Notes: a model not told the origin generated them from the letters alone. 64,000 nucleotides of DNA from Squalus acanthias (GCA_030390025.1 CM059432.1:14014001-14078000); one strand, 5' to 3'. Shown: positions 11,040-24,617, counted from the first letter of the stretch. Translations and numbers: made by a program.

Positions 11040-11720
11040 AGTGAGCTCTTATCGACGAGTGTAGTGAAACTCTAGTGCAAGATATTAAAGCTAGCATGCT
11101 CACCAAAATGGACGAGAGGTTGGCCAAGATGGAGACACCCGTCTTGGAGACCTCCATGTCGGAGCTGAATATCTTCATCTCGGCGAGGAGAACCTTCACC
11201 TCTTCAATACGTACTGTGATTGAGCAATGGCTGGCTGAAGTGGAGATATTGTGAACCAGGGAGTGAGCCACATAAGGATATTGCTCCACAATGCTGCCGC
11301 TTGAGGTGAGATCCACCCAAGAAGGTGTGGAACTAGGGTGATAGAATCTTGAAGAAGGAATAACCATAAGGGAGGGTTTTGTTCATCCTATAGATGCGCA
11401 TTGTCCTTGGAGGAATGACAAGATGCCCACCATCAGTGCCTAAGGAGGGATTCACAGGTTTTGGAACATATACAAGCAGCTTGGCCTTCACGTCATACAG
11501 CCTTGACCACACTGCTTCTGGTGCCCCACCAGAAGGCAAGCGGCACTCCACGTTCCTAAACCTGATAATCCACCCTCGGGGAATGTTGCAGATTCCACCT
11601 TCATTCCCTATGACCAATGTTGAAGATCCACTGTTGGGTGAGCCACTTTGCACCAGAGTACCGCAACCAGAGGAGCAGCACCGAGGCCACCATCACCTTC
11701 TCTGTGGGGAAGTGTGAAGA
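11040..11720 (+). pseudogene. Possible highly decayed L1/Tx1-type ORF1 relic
   Basis: Plus frame reads coiled-coil-like ETLVQDIKASMLTKMDERLAKME...IEQWLAEVE, followed by RRNN-like (AGAAGGAATAAC) text resembling the ORF1 RRM start; many disablements. Confidence 0.3.
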
Positions 11721-12614
11721 AGGGCATCCCCTCAGCTTCTTCTTTTTTAACAATATGGGGACATTGCTTTCAATACACTAATCAAATGTTTTCACTTACA
11801 GTTAAGCGCTCTTGAGATGCATCCCAGTACTGGAATTGCTTTGCTGATAACAGCCTCAGATAGATCGGGTAACTTCAGTTGATAACCCCACCCACATCAT
11901 TTTTCTTTTAAACCTTTCCAATGTGTACAGAGTTATCAAGGAATGAAGACAAGCTGAAGGTCACTGATCAATAATGGCTGATCGAATAGTGTTTGATGAA
12001 GAACCTTTTCAAGAAAGGAAGTGGAAGTGCTCACTAACAGGAAACTGTGTTGAGCTCTTTGTTAACAACCTGTATAACTATAGATTAAAAACGTAGAGCT
12101 TTCTGTATTCGTTTTTGAAATTGAGGTGACTAATAATTCCAGGCAAGGAGCGAAGTTTGCTGCAGTTTCTATTAATGTGTGTTCACCTGCTCTGTTTCGG
12201 TTTCTCTCTAGTACTCAGTCTGCAGACCTCTCTGTGACACCTCAGTTGTGATAGCCTGTCACTGAAAAGTAAAATTAATTTTACTCTTGCTTTTTTTCTT
12301 GCGCTCAACAAAATGAAGGATGTACGCTGTACGAATTATGCTGTAACGAATCTTGGTACGAAATTCCTTTGCTTCTATTTTAATGGGTTAATGTCTCCGT
12401 TAAAATAGCTTCAGCATAAGTTCAAGGTCTTTAATGTCAGACAATTAGCATGAGCATCACGTAGTCCCCAGCTGTTGGTCAGGTTTCACAGAGCCTTAAC
12501 TGCAACGTCAGAATAACACCCCCTACCGAACCACAGTGAACGTTTGCATATGCCAGGCCATCTGTCCTGTGCTCTTTCTCAGTGACTTTGTCAATCTAGT
12601 ACCAATTTATGTCA

Positions 12615-13218
12615 GGCCATAATTTGCTGCAGCAGGTCATCTAATGGCTTCTGCCGTTAGTTAGACTTGCCTTTGCGTGATAAGGTTTTTAAATTTTTTG
12701 CGTGGCAAGTTGCTGAAAGTGCGAGCTGATAACATCGCAGCGAGGGAAACCGGACATCAGGGCACAGGGCAAGCAACTGTGTATCTCCTTAACCAATCAG
12801 ATTGAAAGATTGTGAAACTAACAGTGCAAGGACTGAGAAGGAAGTGTAAATTGGAGTGGGTGAATTCAATGTCAATTCAGGTACAGAACGAGAAATGAAG
12901 AGAGGGAAAGAAAGATTGGATTTAGACAGAGTGAAAAAGAGACAGAAGGGAAAAGTTTAATTTAAAAAAAATCTTCAACCGTTAAAACCTGAAGGAATGA
13001 GACTCCGCACTTGCAATAGTTAATTTTCAGTGCCAGAACGGTTGATGCCATTTTCGCGAAGCTAAGGGTGGAGCGGCACATCTCGGACAGCAACTATTGG
13101 ATTTTTGAGTTTAATCGCATATCTGCCCTTTGCCTGAAGTTGCTGCACCATTTGTACATAAATAACAGCGAGCGTCATTAGCCGCACCGTTATTTTGACA
13201 GGAATATCTGAGCTGTTA
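12615..13218. mobile_element. Probable decayed Harbinger-type MITE
   Basis: Starts GGCCATAATTTGC like the other MITE termini; right terminus degenerate; no clean TSD. Confidence 0.3.
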
Positions 13219-13414
13219 AATTGTGGACATTTTTGCATTGTGGCCAAAAGGGTGGTTAAAATGGCACAGATTGTTGGTGATATAAAGTCCATAAATTTTT
13301 TTTAAGGGAATTAGATATTAAGTACTGGCAGAAGTCCCATTGCATTGCACTCGGGAAGTCAAGACCAAGTGTAGTATTCAAATCAAGGAGGGTTAGAGTG
13401 CATTGGACCCAGAT

Positions 13415-13825
13415 GGGGAAGAGTGGAAGGATGCAGATGGAAGGGATGGAGAGGGGAGAGGTGTGAGAATAGAGAAGGGGTGAGGATGGTTTGAAGTAAC
13501 TAGGAGGGGAGAGGGAGGGGAGTGGGCAGGGCTGCGGAGGGGATGGAGAATGGAGGGGTTGGGGAGGGAGTTGGAGAAGAGGGAAGATGAATGAGATGGG
13601 GAAGAGAAGGTTTGGAGGAGAGAAGCAGCAGGGACAGGAGGGAGGAGGGGAGGAAGATGGGGAAGGGGAATATGGAGGTGGATGGGGAGGGAGATGACAC
13701 ATGAGAGGGCAACAGGGAGGATGAGGAGATAGAGAGGAGGAGGAAAGTGGAAAGGGAGGAGGTGGAGTGGTCAGTTAGGAAAAGGGAAAAGATGGAAAGG
13801 TTGGAGGGGAAGAGGAGGATGGGCA
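13415..13825 (+). repeat. Purine-rich (G/A) low-complexity tract
   Basis: About 400 bp dominated by GGA/GAG/GGG runs, with few pyrimidines. Confidence 0.85.
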
Positions 13826-13964
13826 AACAGATTAGAGGATGTTTGGATAATTAGTGGTGGGTGGACGAACAGTTACCTAAGGCCTAATTTTGATGCGTTA
13901 TGGAGGAGGGGGCGATGGTCCAGCATCAATTTCCCTCTTCCTGGATTGAGAGGGCTTAATAAAT

Positions 13965-14475
13965 CATTGGTTAGGGTCCAGCTGGAGTATTGTGCTCAAT
14001 TCTGGGCCCCAGGATGTCAAGGCCTTAGAGAGGGTGCAGAGGAGATTTACTAGAATGGTACCAGGGATGCGGGACTTCAGTTATGTGGAGACTAGTGAGG
14101 CTGGGGTTGTTTTCCTTAGAGCAGAGGAGGTTAAGGGGAGATATAATAGAGGTGTTCAACATCATGAAGGGTTTCGATAGTGTAAATAAGGAGAAACTGT
14201 TTCCAGTGGCAGAAGGGTCAGTAACTGGAGGACACAGGTTTAAGGTAATTGGCAAATTACACAGCAGGTTGTTATGATCTGGAATGCACTATCTGAAAGG
14301 GTGCTGGAAGCAGATTCAATAATAATTTTCAAAAGGGAATTGGATAAATACTTGAAAGGGAAAAGTTTGCAGGGCTATGGGGGAAGGGCGGGGACTAATT
14401 GGATTGCTCTTTCAAAGAGCCGGCACAGGCACGATTGGCCGAATGGCCTCCTTCTGTGCTGTATCATTGTATGAT
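13965..14475 (+). mobile_element. CR1 3' fragment
   Basis: LERVQRRFTRMVPG, LFSLEQRRLRGDIIEVF, 3'UTR GGCCGAATGGCCTCCTTCTGTGCTG. Confidence 0.9.
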
Positions 14476-15052
14476 AATTGAGGCCTCTTTTTCTTCCAAA
14501 TGTGCCCCAGTGCTTAACTTTGTAGCACCCTTTGCTACCTCACCACATCGAGGAACATCTATTTCTTATTTTTACTTTAAAGATCTACACTAGCCTACAG
14601 TGGTTTGCCAAAATCTTTTCAATAAAGACAATGCCCCTTTAATTAAAATCAGATCATATTGATCTCCATGGTTGAGGTGGAGATCACACAGGAAAACTAG
14701 TTTCCTGCTATCTGTAGTCTGATTATCACATTACAGCTTAGACATACAGTTCGACATCCTAGTAATGAACATGACACTTTCTGTCTCTTCATATTTGTAT
14801 TTTCTAGAGATTTCTATATAGCTATTTCAGTAATCGTTCCGTTTTTTTTTTAATCATGGTAACTAATGTAAAAATAACAAATGTACAGTTTTATCCTAAT
14901 AGAGATTATGGTGTTAACAGAAATTGTCTCAAAGACCACAATAAAAAGATTGACATTGACAGCTGGTAACGTGTCTTGAATATAAGATCCTAAAAAAAAA
15001 ATCCACAATTATTACTAACATTTCAAATGACATTGGGTTGTCTGGAGACAGA

Positions 15053-15441
15053 GGGCTGGATTTTCAATGACCCGTGGAGGCGTGTGGGGGGTTAAAGTTG
15101 CGGGGTCGGGGGTCCCGACTCCATCCCGCCTCCACGCAATTTTGACAAAATCAGTCGCGGGGTTCCCGACTCCGTCCCGCCTCCAAGAGGCGGGAGAGGC
15201 CATTAAAGCCCTTAACAAGCCCTAAATTGGCTCTGTAATGCCATTTTGAAACGTTTTAGCTAGTTTAACCCTTTTCCGACGTGAAGTACGCCTGGTGTGA
15301 AACACGCCAGTGAAACCTGGCGGGAGCACAAGTGGATAGCTGACTATCAGCTGGAGGTCCACTATTACAACGGAGATGCGATGAAGGTAGTAGTATTATT
15401 AAGTCTGAAAGTTGATGCTGATGGAAAAAAAAAATTCTCAT

Positions 15442-15473
<32 letters not shown>

Positions 15474-15663
15474 TGTCTCTCTCTCGGTCTCTCTCTCTGT
15501 GTCTCTCTCTCTGTGTCTCTCTCTCTCTGTCTCTCTGTGTCTCTCTCTCTGTCTCTCTCTCTGTGTCTCTCTCTCTCTGTCTCTCTCTCTCTGTGTCTCT
15601 CTCTCTGTCTCTCTCTCTGTGTGTCTCTCTCTCTGTCTCTCTCTCTGTGTCTCTCTCTCTGTG

Positions 15664-15697
<34 letters not shown>

Positions 15698-15721
15698 TGT
15701 GTGTCTGTCTCTCTCTGTGTG

Positions 15722-15752
<31 letters not shown>

Positions 15753-15819
15753 GTCTCTCTCTCTGTGTCTCTCTCTGTGTCTCTCTCTCTGTGTCTCTCT
15801 CTCTGTGTGTGTCTCTCTC

Positions 15820-15867
<48 letters not shown>

Positions 15868-16124
15868 TGTCCTGCTGCTGCTGCTCATTTTGCATCCAGG
15901 TCCACTCACAGCAAAGGCCAGGCAATCTCTGCAATGATGACATCATCAGAGGCGACTTTCAGACTCAAACCACTAATTGGTTCATGGGTTCCCACATGCT
16001 GGAACTCAATTGCCCAATTAAGTTAAAATTGCATCATTCATCCACATTAAACTAGAGTCGGGGGGGGGCAACATGAAATGTGGATCACACGACCCCAACC
16101 CGACCCCAAGATAAAATCCAGCCC
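15053..16124. mobile_element. Harbinger-type MITE family M1 (inverted relative to 1669-2429) with expanded microsatellite
   Basis: Same TIR GGGCTGGATTTT/AAAATCCAGCCC; body is the reverse complement of 1669-2429; flanks AGA/AAA. Confidence 0.85.
15442..15871. repeat. Compound (CT)n/(GT)n microsatellite
   Basis: About 430 bp of CT repeats interspersed with GT units. Confidence 0.98.
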
Positions 16125-16837
16125 AAACACTCCTAGGGATTTAACCCCACGTGCATGCATGCCAATCCAAACTGGATTTTTCTTTTCTCTCTCTTCCTTC
16201 CCGTTCCCTCCTCCTGAGGTACGGCTCCATGAGCAATGGTCACCCTCTGTTACCTTGTCTAAGTGGCAAGTATTCATCGGTGAGCCTTGTCCATTGATGT
16301 TGGCAGGTGAGGGGGAAGGAGAGGAGCCACAACCAAGACTCGCCCTGTCTTCATCCAATGACTGCACACGTGCACTTGCAGTATGGGCAGCTGGATATTA
16401 ATCAGAAGAGGAATCACCCCTCCCCCCCACCCCCCACACTGCAACCCAGGGGCATTTAAGGCTCCTATCGCCAATTCTGACTGAGATCTGCTACCTCAGC
16501 ACAGTCTGGGGACTGAATTCGGGATCTTTCTCGTGTATGGCTCAGCTTATCATTGAATAAACTTGCTGAGCTTTCAGGGGATGTGCCAACTGGGAAACTT
16601 AAAATGAGTGAACGCCTGGTTATTAGTCACTCAGCACACAGTCATTGGGAGGTCACCTTGATGTCTTTGGGACAGCCAGAATGGAGCAAACAACATGAAC
16701 CTGTTAGGTCCTTGATACACTTATACTGCGTTGTTTACTTTTGGTCTGTAATATCTCTTCGTGCACTAGGGTTATTCTCTAACATTTGTTTGAGGGTCAC
16801 AATCCTGAGCACAGTTCATTAGACGTCACCTTCAGGC

Positions 16838-17012
16838 ATAAGAACATAAGAATTAGGAGCAGGAGTAGGCAAACGGCCCCTCGAGCCTGCTCCGCCATTC
16901 AATGAGATCATGGCTGACCTTCGACCTTAACTCCACTTTCCCGCCCGATCCCCATATCCCTTGATTTCCCTAGAGTCCAAAAATCTATCGATCTCAGCCT
17001 TGGATATACTTG
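16838..17012 (-). mobile_element. CR1-type 3'UTR fragment with (TAAGAACA)n tail
   Basis: Near-identical to 40011-40190, which continues into CR1 ORF2. Confidence 0.8.
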
Positions 17013-17451
17013 AATGCTCCAACACACTGCACGACCGGAAGTTGGAGCGTGAATCTGTGCCGGCAATTCCCCAAAAACTAAGTTTGCAACTGCACTAACA
17101 TTTGGAGGGAATTTATTTTTGGAAAAAAAACTGCAAATGTGTTAGTACACAACGTGTAGAGACGGCATGCTGTTGCATGGATAATTTGTTTTGAGATTAA
17201 CTGCATACTTTAGAACCATGCAAAATGGAATCAGGTTGAAATGGGAACTGAAATGATTCCTTACTTTAAAGGATGGTAATATGAAAACAATGGCTATGTA
17301 CTGAATATGAATGTTGCTGTGAGCAGTGCGATTCTGGTGAGTAAAGCTATTAATTATGAATATGTCGGCACACGGTGTGTGAACTATCCCACTGAGACCT
17401 TCAGACAGCTGGATTATTGATGGGTTGACGGGTGAACAAATTTAAAAAACA

Positions 17452-18266
17452 TTTTTTTTATTCGTTTATGGGATCAGGGCGTCGCTGGCAATGCCAGCAT
17501 TTATTGCCCATCCCTAGTTGCCCTTGAGAAGGTGCTGGTGAGCAGCCTTCTTGAACCGCTGCAGTCCGTGTGGTGAAGCTACTCCCACAGTGCTGTTAGG
17601 AAGGGCGTTCCAGGATTTTGACCCAGCGACGATGAAGGATCAGCGATATACTTCCAAGTCAGGATGGTGTGTGACTTGGAGGGGAACTTGGAGGTGGTGG
17701 TGTTCCCATGCGCCTGCTGCCCTTGTCCTTCTAGGTGGAAGAGGTCGAGGGTTTGGGAGGTGCTGCCGAAGAAGCCTTGGCGAGTTGCTGCAGTGCATCT
17801 TGTAGATGGTACACACTGCAGCCACGGTACGCCGGTGGTGGAGGGAGTGAATGTTTAAGGTGGTGGATGGGGTGCCAATCAAGCGGGCTGCTTTGTCCTG
17901 GATGGTGTCGAGCTTCTTGAGTGTTGCTGGAGCTGCACTCATCCAGGCAAGTGGAGAGTATACCATCACACTCCTTACTTGTGCCTTGTAGATGGTGGAA
18001 AGGCTTTGGGGAGTCAGGAGGTGACACACTCGCCGCAGAATACCCAGCCTCTGACCTGCTCTTATTGCCACAGTATTTATGTGGCTGTTCCAGTTAAGTT
18101 TCTGGTTAATGGTGACCCCTAGGATGTTGATAGTGGGGGATTCGGCCATGGTAATGCCATTGAATGTCAAGGGAAGGTGGTTAAACTCTCGCTTGTTGGA
18201 GATAGTCATTGCCTGGCACTTCTGTGGCACGAATGTTACCTGCCACTTATCAGCCCAAGCCTGAAT
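17452..18266 (-). mobile_element. LINE family B (CR1/Jockey-group) 3' part
   Basis: QAWADKWQVTFVPQKC...ILGVTINQKLNWNSHI...IYKAQVRSVMVYSPLAW...; poly(A) end. Confidence 0.9.
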
Positions 18267-18749
18267 GATGATGATATTTGGGAATATTGAGTTGATTTCA
18301 GGCAATCTGGCACCATAGGCGTGGAAATAGCTATTGAAAGAGAGAACCTCACTGTCATAACTAAAGTATCTTACTGAGGATTAAGGTACTGAACCAGTTA
18401 ATCAAATAAATCCAGTTTGATTGTAATTCTTAATGAAAAGCTAGTGTCAACAGCTTTGCAAAATACGAGCATCTCAAGGTTAGAGGTGAATTTATGAGTC
18501 TGTAGAGTGTGAGTGTACACCACAAGGAAGCTACTCCATGCTTTCTTTTCCTTTCGAGGGTATGAAATCCCTGTCTTCCTTTTCTCTTCACACTGCTTTC
18601 CGAGCCACACTCCCCTGATTTCCACGCCTCCTCTCCCCATGGGAGATGCCAACTCCCCACTTAGCAATTCCCCCATGAAGCCATTTTGCAGTTCTCCAAC
18701 GTTGCTCTTGATGCTTTTAATGCACCACATGCTTCTCCCAGATGTTTAA

Positions 18750-19192
18750 AGAAAGACTTGCATTCATATAGCGTCTTTCACGACCTCAGGACGTCCCAAA
18801 GCGCTTTACAGCCAATGAAGTACTTTTGAAGTGCAGTCACTGTTGTAATGTCGGAAGCACGGCAGCCTATTTGCAAGGCCCCACAAACAGCACTGATAGT
18901 GACCAGATACAGATAATCTGGTTTTTTTAGTGTTGTTGGTTGAGGGATAAATATTGGCCAATACACTGGGGATTACTCTTCATCGAAATAGTGCCAGGGG
19001 ATCTTTTATGTCCACCTGATAGTGCAGGCAACGTCTCCGTTTAACGTCTTATTCCAAAAGGCAGCACCTCCGACAGTGCAGCACCCCCTCGGTACTGCAT
19101 TGGAGTATCAGCCCAGATTTTGTCTTTGCTGGGTGGGATTTGAACCCACAACCTTCTGACTAAGAGGCCAGAGTGCTAACACCAAGCCACGG
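18750..19192 (-). mobile_element. DeuSINE (SacSINE1/AmnSINE1-like)
   Basis: tRNA head (GGTTCAAATCCC on minus), Deu-like core AAAAGATCCC..GGCACT..., tail AAAGACGCTATATGAATGCAAGTCTTTC. Confidence 0.8.
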
Positions 19193-19584
19193 TTTAGTTC
19201 TGGTTATGTGCTCATTCACCTGACAAGAACTTTGGTCTGGAGCAAATACAAAAATATTCTGATTTTCGAATAGTGCGGAGGAAGTTTGCAATTTGATAAG
19301 TGGTATGTGCACTGTACAAAGAAAGCAATGTTGAGTTTGCTTATCAGGAAAGTTCAGGTGACTGGGGGAGGGGAGGCCCGACTGCACCTAAACTGTTAAA
19401 AGGAATCCAATGTTTTTGTGTTTAATGCTGCAAAGAGTTTGACATAAGAAAGGAATAAAACTTAAAACCTTTTGAGGATGTTTAAAGAAGTAATGAAAGA
19501 AAGAACCTGCATTAATATAACAACTATCATGTCCTCAGGATGTCCCAAAGTGCTTCACCGCCAATGAATTAGTTTTGAAATATA

Positions 19585-20085
19585 GGCCCCGCTTTTAGCA
19601 CCCAATGCCTGATGTGAACGGGGCGTGCAGGGGTTTAGATCATGACAGCGGCCCACTCACTGTCTTTTTGCTGACCTCATGGTATGCGCTATTGATACAG
19701 GCGCGTTTTGGTCAGCATGTGACGCCTTCACCCCAGACAGGTGAGGGCCTAATTGAGATTTAAAAGTCGGAGTCTGACGTCAATCAGACCCCAATGGTAT
19801 TTTAACTTCTTGTCGCAAAATTGACGCCTGGTGCTGGTCTCGCCAGGGAAACCTAGCGCCATGGAGCAGCAGGCTCAGCGAGGACCCAGAAGGTGAGCAT
19901 ATGTTAGTTTTCTTATGGTTTCCTTGTGGGCCAGGACGAGCAGGAGTGCTTCTGCAGGCCCCACAAGGATACCTAGGGCTTCCCCTGGTCTGGGCTTCCC
20001 TCTTGTCCCAATGTGATCGCTTATTGAGCCCCCCGATCCACTTACCTGACTGCAGGCCAGATGCTACAGACCCTCCACTGGAGGA
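19585..20085. mobile_element. Probable truncated Harbinger-type non-autonomous element
   Basis: Begins GGCCCCGCTTTT; CpG-richer interior; no second terminus found. Confidence 0.25.
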
Positions 20086-20132
20086 TCTAACTGTTTCTTA
20101 AATGATTCAAGGGTTTTTACCTCCACCACTCT

Positions 20133-21372
20133 ATCATAGAATCATAGAAATTTACAGCACAGAAGGAGACCATTCGGCCCATCTTGTCTGTGCCGGCTGA
20201 CAAAGAGCTATCCAGCCTAATCCCACTTTCCAGCACTTGGTCCGTAGCCCTGTAGGTTACGGCACTTCAAGTGCATATCCAAGTACTTTTTAAATGTGAT
20301 GAAGGTCTCTGCCTCTACCACCCTTTCAGACAGTGAGTTCCAGACCCCCACCACCCTCTGGGTGAAAACATTTCTCCTCAAATCCCCTCTAAACTTCTGA
20401 CCAATTACTTTAAATCTATGCCCCCTGGTTTTTGAACCTTCTGCTAAGGGAAATAGGTCCTTCCTATCCACTCTATCTAGGTCTCTCATAATTTTATACA
20501 CCTCAATTAGGTCTCCCCTCAGCCTCCTCTGTTCCAAAGAAAACAACCCCAGCCTATCCAATCTTTCCTCATAGCTAAAATTCCCCAGCCCAGGCAAAAT
20601 CCTCATAAATCTCCTCTGCACCCCCTCTAGTGCAATCACATCCTTCCTGTAATGTGGTGACCAGATCTGCACGCAGTATTCTAGCTGCGGCCTAACTAGT
20701 GTTTTATACAGTTCAAGCATAACCTCCCTGCTCTTATATTCTATGCCTTGGCTAATAAAGGCAAGTATCCCGTATGCCTTCTTAACCACCTTATCTACCT
20801 GTCCTGCTACCTTCAGGGATCTGTGGACATGCACTCCAAGGTCCCTCTGATCTTCTGCACTTCTCAGTGTCCTACCATTTAATGTGTATTCCCTTGTTGT
20901 TAGCCCTCCCCAAATGCATTACCTCACACTCCTCCAGAGTGAATTTCATTTGCTATTGTTCTGCCCACCTGACCAGTCCACTGATATCTTCCTGTAGTCT
21001 GCATCTTTCTTCTTCATTATCAACCACATGGCCAATTTTTGTATCATCTGCAAACTTCTTAATCATACTTCCTACATTCAAGTCCAAATCATTGATATAT
21101 ATACCACAAAAAAGCAAAGGACCTAGTACTGAGCCCTGCGGAACCCCACTGGAAACAGCCTTCCAGTCACAAAAACACCCTGCGACCATTACCCTTTGTT
21201 TCCTGCCTCTGAGCCAATTTTGGATCCAACTTGCCACTTTGCCCTAGATCCCATGGGCTTTTACTTTCGTGACCAGTCTGCCATGCGGGACCTTATCAAA
21301 AGCCTTGCTAAAATCCATATAGACTAAATCATACGCACTACCCTCATCGACCCTCCTTGTTACCTCCTCAAT
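20133..21372 (-). mobile_element. CR1 LINE 3' part, inserted in an older CR1-like relic
   Basis: [22 protein letters not shown], and a 205-aa C-terminal ORF; ATCATAGAATCATAG tail. Confidence 0.95.
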
Positions 21373-21534
21373 CCTCAATCCATTCCATATATTGATTACT
21401 CTGTGTGAAGAAGAACCTCCAGATATCAGGTGTAATTTACCTTTTGTGAGTGTGAACCCTTGTCTTACTCTTGCAATTTGATTTAAATTGGTATTCTGGA
21501 TTTACCCTACCCATGACCTTAACTACCTAAAAAA

Positions 21535-21858
21535 AAAAGACAGACTTGCATTTATATAGCACCTTACACGACCTCAGGACATCCCAAAGTGTTTTACAGC
21601 CAATTAAGTACTTTATGAAGTGCAGTCACTGTTTTAATGTAGGAAATGCGGCAGCCAATTTGTAAACTGCAAGCTCCCACAAACAGCAATATGATAATGA
21701 CCTGATCACCTGTTTTAGTGATTTGATTGAGGGATAAATATTGGCCAGGACACCGGGGAGAACTCCCCTGCTCTTTTTCGAAATAGTGCCATGGGATATT
21801 TTACATCCAGCCGAGAGAGCAGACGGGACCTCGGTTTAACGTTTCATCCGAAAGACCG
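21535..21858 (-). mobile_element. DeuSINE, 5'-truncated
   Basis: Reverse complement of the core and tail of 26150-26608. Confidence 0.8.
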
Positions 21859-21933
21859 ATATACCCTTCTGATCTTAACTACCTTATATACCTGAACGTT
21901 CAACTGTTAGCTTCTTTCCAGGTTGAAAACCAT

Positions 21934-22694
21934 GGCCCTGAAATTCGCCTCTCCGGCTTGCCGCGGGGGTAAGGATCGCGCGCGCACTTACCTACCACGC
22001 CTGCCGTTGACCTCTGGGCCCATGGGAACTTCAGCTCCTGGGCCTGCTCCAAGTGCCGGCGCGCAGTGCTTGCGTGTCCCAGGGGCGTAGTTAGTGCGAT
22101 GCGTCCCCTGGGATCACGTGGGCCATGGAGAGCCAATGGCAGCAGACCATCTTTCATTCATAGATTTGACAGGAAGACCTGTCAAATCTATGAATTGAAA
22201 TCGGCCCCAAAAGAACAGCTAAACTTAAAATAAATAAAAAAACCCATCACATTTATAAAATAACTATAAGTTAAATAAATTAACTACTTGAAACAAAAAT
22301 TTTAATTTTTGAAAAAATTAAAATACTTTTTAACAGTGCTAAAAATAAACTTACCTTTCTTTAAAGTATCTAAAAAAGATAAACCTGTTGAAATTTTTTA
22401 AATTATACTTAATTAACCACTTACCCTGTTGAAAACGGGTCCTGCGCCTCCTTTTTAAAAGCGCAGGTTCTTCAATACTTACCCTCCCGTAGAAACCTGA
22501 AAAAAACCCTAAGTTTTCTGCGTGCGCGCAGCCTCTACCGCGCACGCGGTTCACCTATGAACCGCCCCCTTCACCAGACCAGAAGTTCCGGTTTCCTGCG
22601 CACGCGCAGTGCATGCAGGAAACCGGCACTTCAGGAGGCCTTGCGGGTGAGTACACAGCGCGTACTCACCCGGGAAGGGCCGAATTTTTGGCCC
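21934..22694. mobile_element. Harbinger-type MITE (GC-rich ends, AT-rich centre)
   Basis: Imperfect TIR GGCCCTGAAATTCG...CGAATTTTTGGCCC, TSD CAT at 21931-21933 and 22695-22697; related to 48192-49000. Confidence 0.75.
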
Positions 22695-22951
22695 CATAAG
22701 TTTAAATAGAATACATGAATGAACAAAATACAGTTTTCCAGTGAGGTATATCTATTTTCTACTGCTTCTAATACCATTAAATAATAACCTACGTAACTCT
22801 GCCTCTATATTATTGGATAAAGTCACTTACAAGTTAGTTGAACTAACTGGCATCTGACTTTTGGTAACAAGCAGGACTCTGCAATAGTCAAGCCTGTGTG
22901 TATCTGACTGACCCATAGTTGGACACAGAGAGATCTTGCTCTGTAGGCAGT

Positions 22952-24617
22952 AGCCGGGATTTTCCTTACCTCGGCGGGATGGTGGCGGGCGATGCCGGTG
23001 GTGGGTCCTGACCCCGCTGCTGGCTCCATCCCGCTCTGTGAAATGAATTTCCCTTCATGGGGCTTGTTAAGCCCACCCCAGCGTGTTTCCTGGCCAATTA
23101 GAGGAAGCAGGTCTGGTGATGTCATTTGATGACGCGTCATCAGCCGATTCCTTAAAGGGACCATGGCCAAATTAATTTTGACATTTGTGCTGTCAGTGTT
23201 CTACAGCATTGAGGTGCTGAAAACACTGACAATAACTGCTCAAAGGCACAGGGCTGCACCCAGGCTCTCCCATGACTCCCTCCATAAGCTTATGGAGGGA
23301 GTCACAGCATGCAGGGAGGTTCTCTTCCCTTCTCATGGGCGGAAGAGACCTCCCCAGGAGATCAACACAGCCTGGTTGCACATTGCAGAGGAGGGCACAA
23401 GCAGGGATGTGGTCAGGAGGACCTGGGTGCAGTGCCACAAACGTTTTAATGATCTCAGTAGATCACGAAACTTTAGTACAAAGTCACACTCAACCTCATC
23501 CTGCTGTGCCTCTCATCACATCCCCATCACTCTGCCTTCCCTACCCTACTCCTGCACATCCTTACTCACACCAACTTACCTTGGACCTCTACCCATCCCT
23601 CTCTATCTATATTATCACATCCCCATCTCACGAGCCACCCCTCACACTCACCCTCATCCTAGTGCAATCATACCAACTAACAACACAATGTTCATGTAAA
23701 GTTTCTGTTAATGTGGTGTCAAACATTGAAACCTTTATTTTCAACACTTTGCGTTCTTGGACAGATTTGTGTGCACCTTTGGAAGTGGCTTAGTGAGTTG
23801 CAGTGAATGGTGAGACATAACGGAACCCCCCGCAATGGTGATGAGTGTGAAAGAAATGGCTTGGACATTGTAGGGATGCTTTATGGTGTTGGTGTGGGGT
23901 GGTGCCAACCTGGCGCATCATGTGGCAGCCAGGGTGTACATCGTCAAGTGAAGTAAATCTGGCCATGGTGAGGCCATCCCTGGCCTCCCGGGCAGCAATG
24001 TGGTCGGGTGCTGATGCCTTCTGTCCTGTGCAGCATCAGGTGTTTGCGGAGAAGGTTGGTGTTGTTGTTGGTGCTGCTGGTGTGCCTGGTGCTGCTGGTG
24101 TTGGGGCTGATCATGGTCAGAATCTGAGGACCAAGGTGAGACAGTATAAAGGGCACCCATGTTGATGGAGTAGATTGCAGTTGAAGTTGAGATGACAGAG
24201 GCAATCTGTCAATGGTGGGAGAGGTTGCTGCAATGAGGTGACAGTGGATAGAAAGTTTGCTCCAAACATTTGCAGCCTGCATAAAGCTCAATCTGTCTTC
24301 CAAAGGGAGCTAGCAACAGCCTCTGCACTTGGAAAGTGAACAGGTTTGAAGTGGGAGCTTTTATACTACATTTCAAGCTGTCACTCATCAGCTGATTCAA
24401 TGGCCACGCAACTTCCGCCTCAGATTAACAGACAGGGTCCAGGAGCAGCGTGGAAGCTGTTAAAGGTAAGGTTAAATTCACTCTTAAGGGCTTGTCAACA
24501 AGCCAATAATTGTTTAAGTTAGGTCCCCCACTGTTCCCGTCCCGCTGTCAATCAAATCAAATTTCACTGCCGACCCGCCACCGATCCCGTCCGCTGCACA
24601 CCAGCAACATTCCAGTC
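22952..24617. mobile_element. Internally deleted Harbinger element (family H1)
   Basis: Myb exon-1 remnant on + (RAAPRLSHDSLH...RTWVQCHKRFNDL) and fused N/C-terminal nuclease remnant on -; colinear with 42660-46364; degenerate TIRs. Confidence 0.85.

Noticed and set aside
13256..13826. Pro/Ser-rich ORFs
   Set aside because: Translation of a low-complexity purine tract.
15265..16055. Long RE-rich and SL-rich ORFs (124-252 aa)
   Set aside because: Artefacts of the CT/GT microsatellite.
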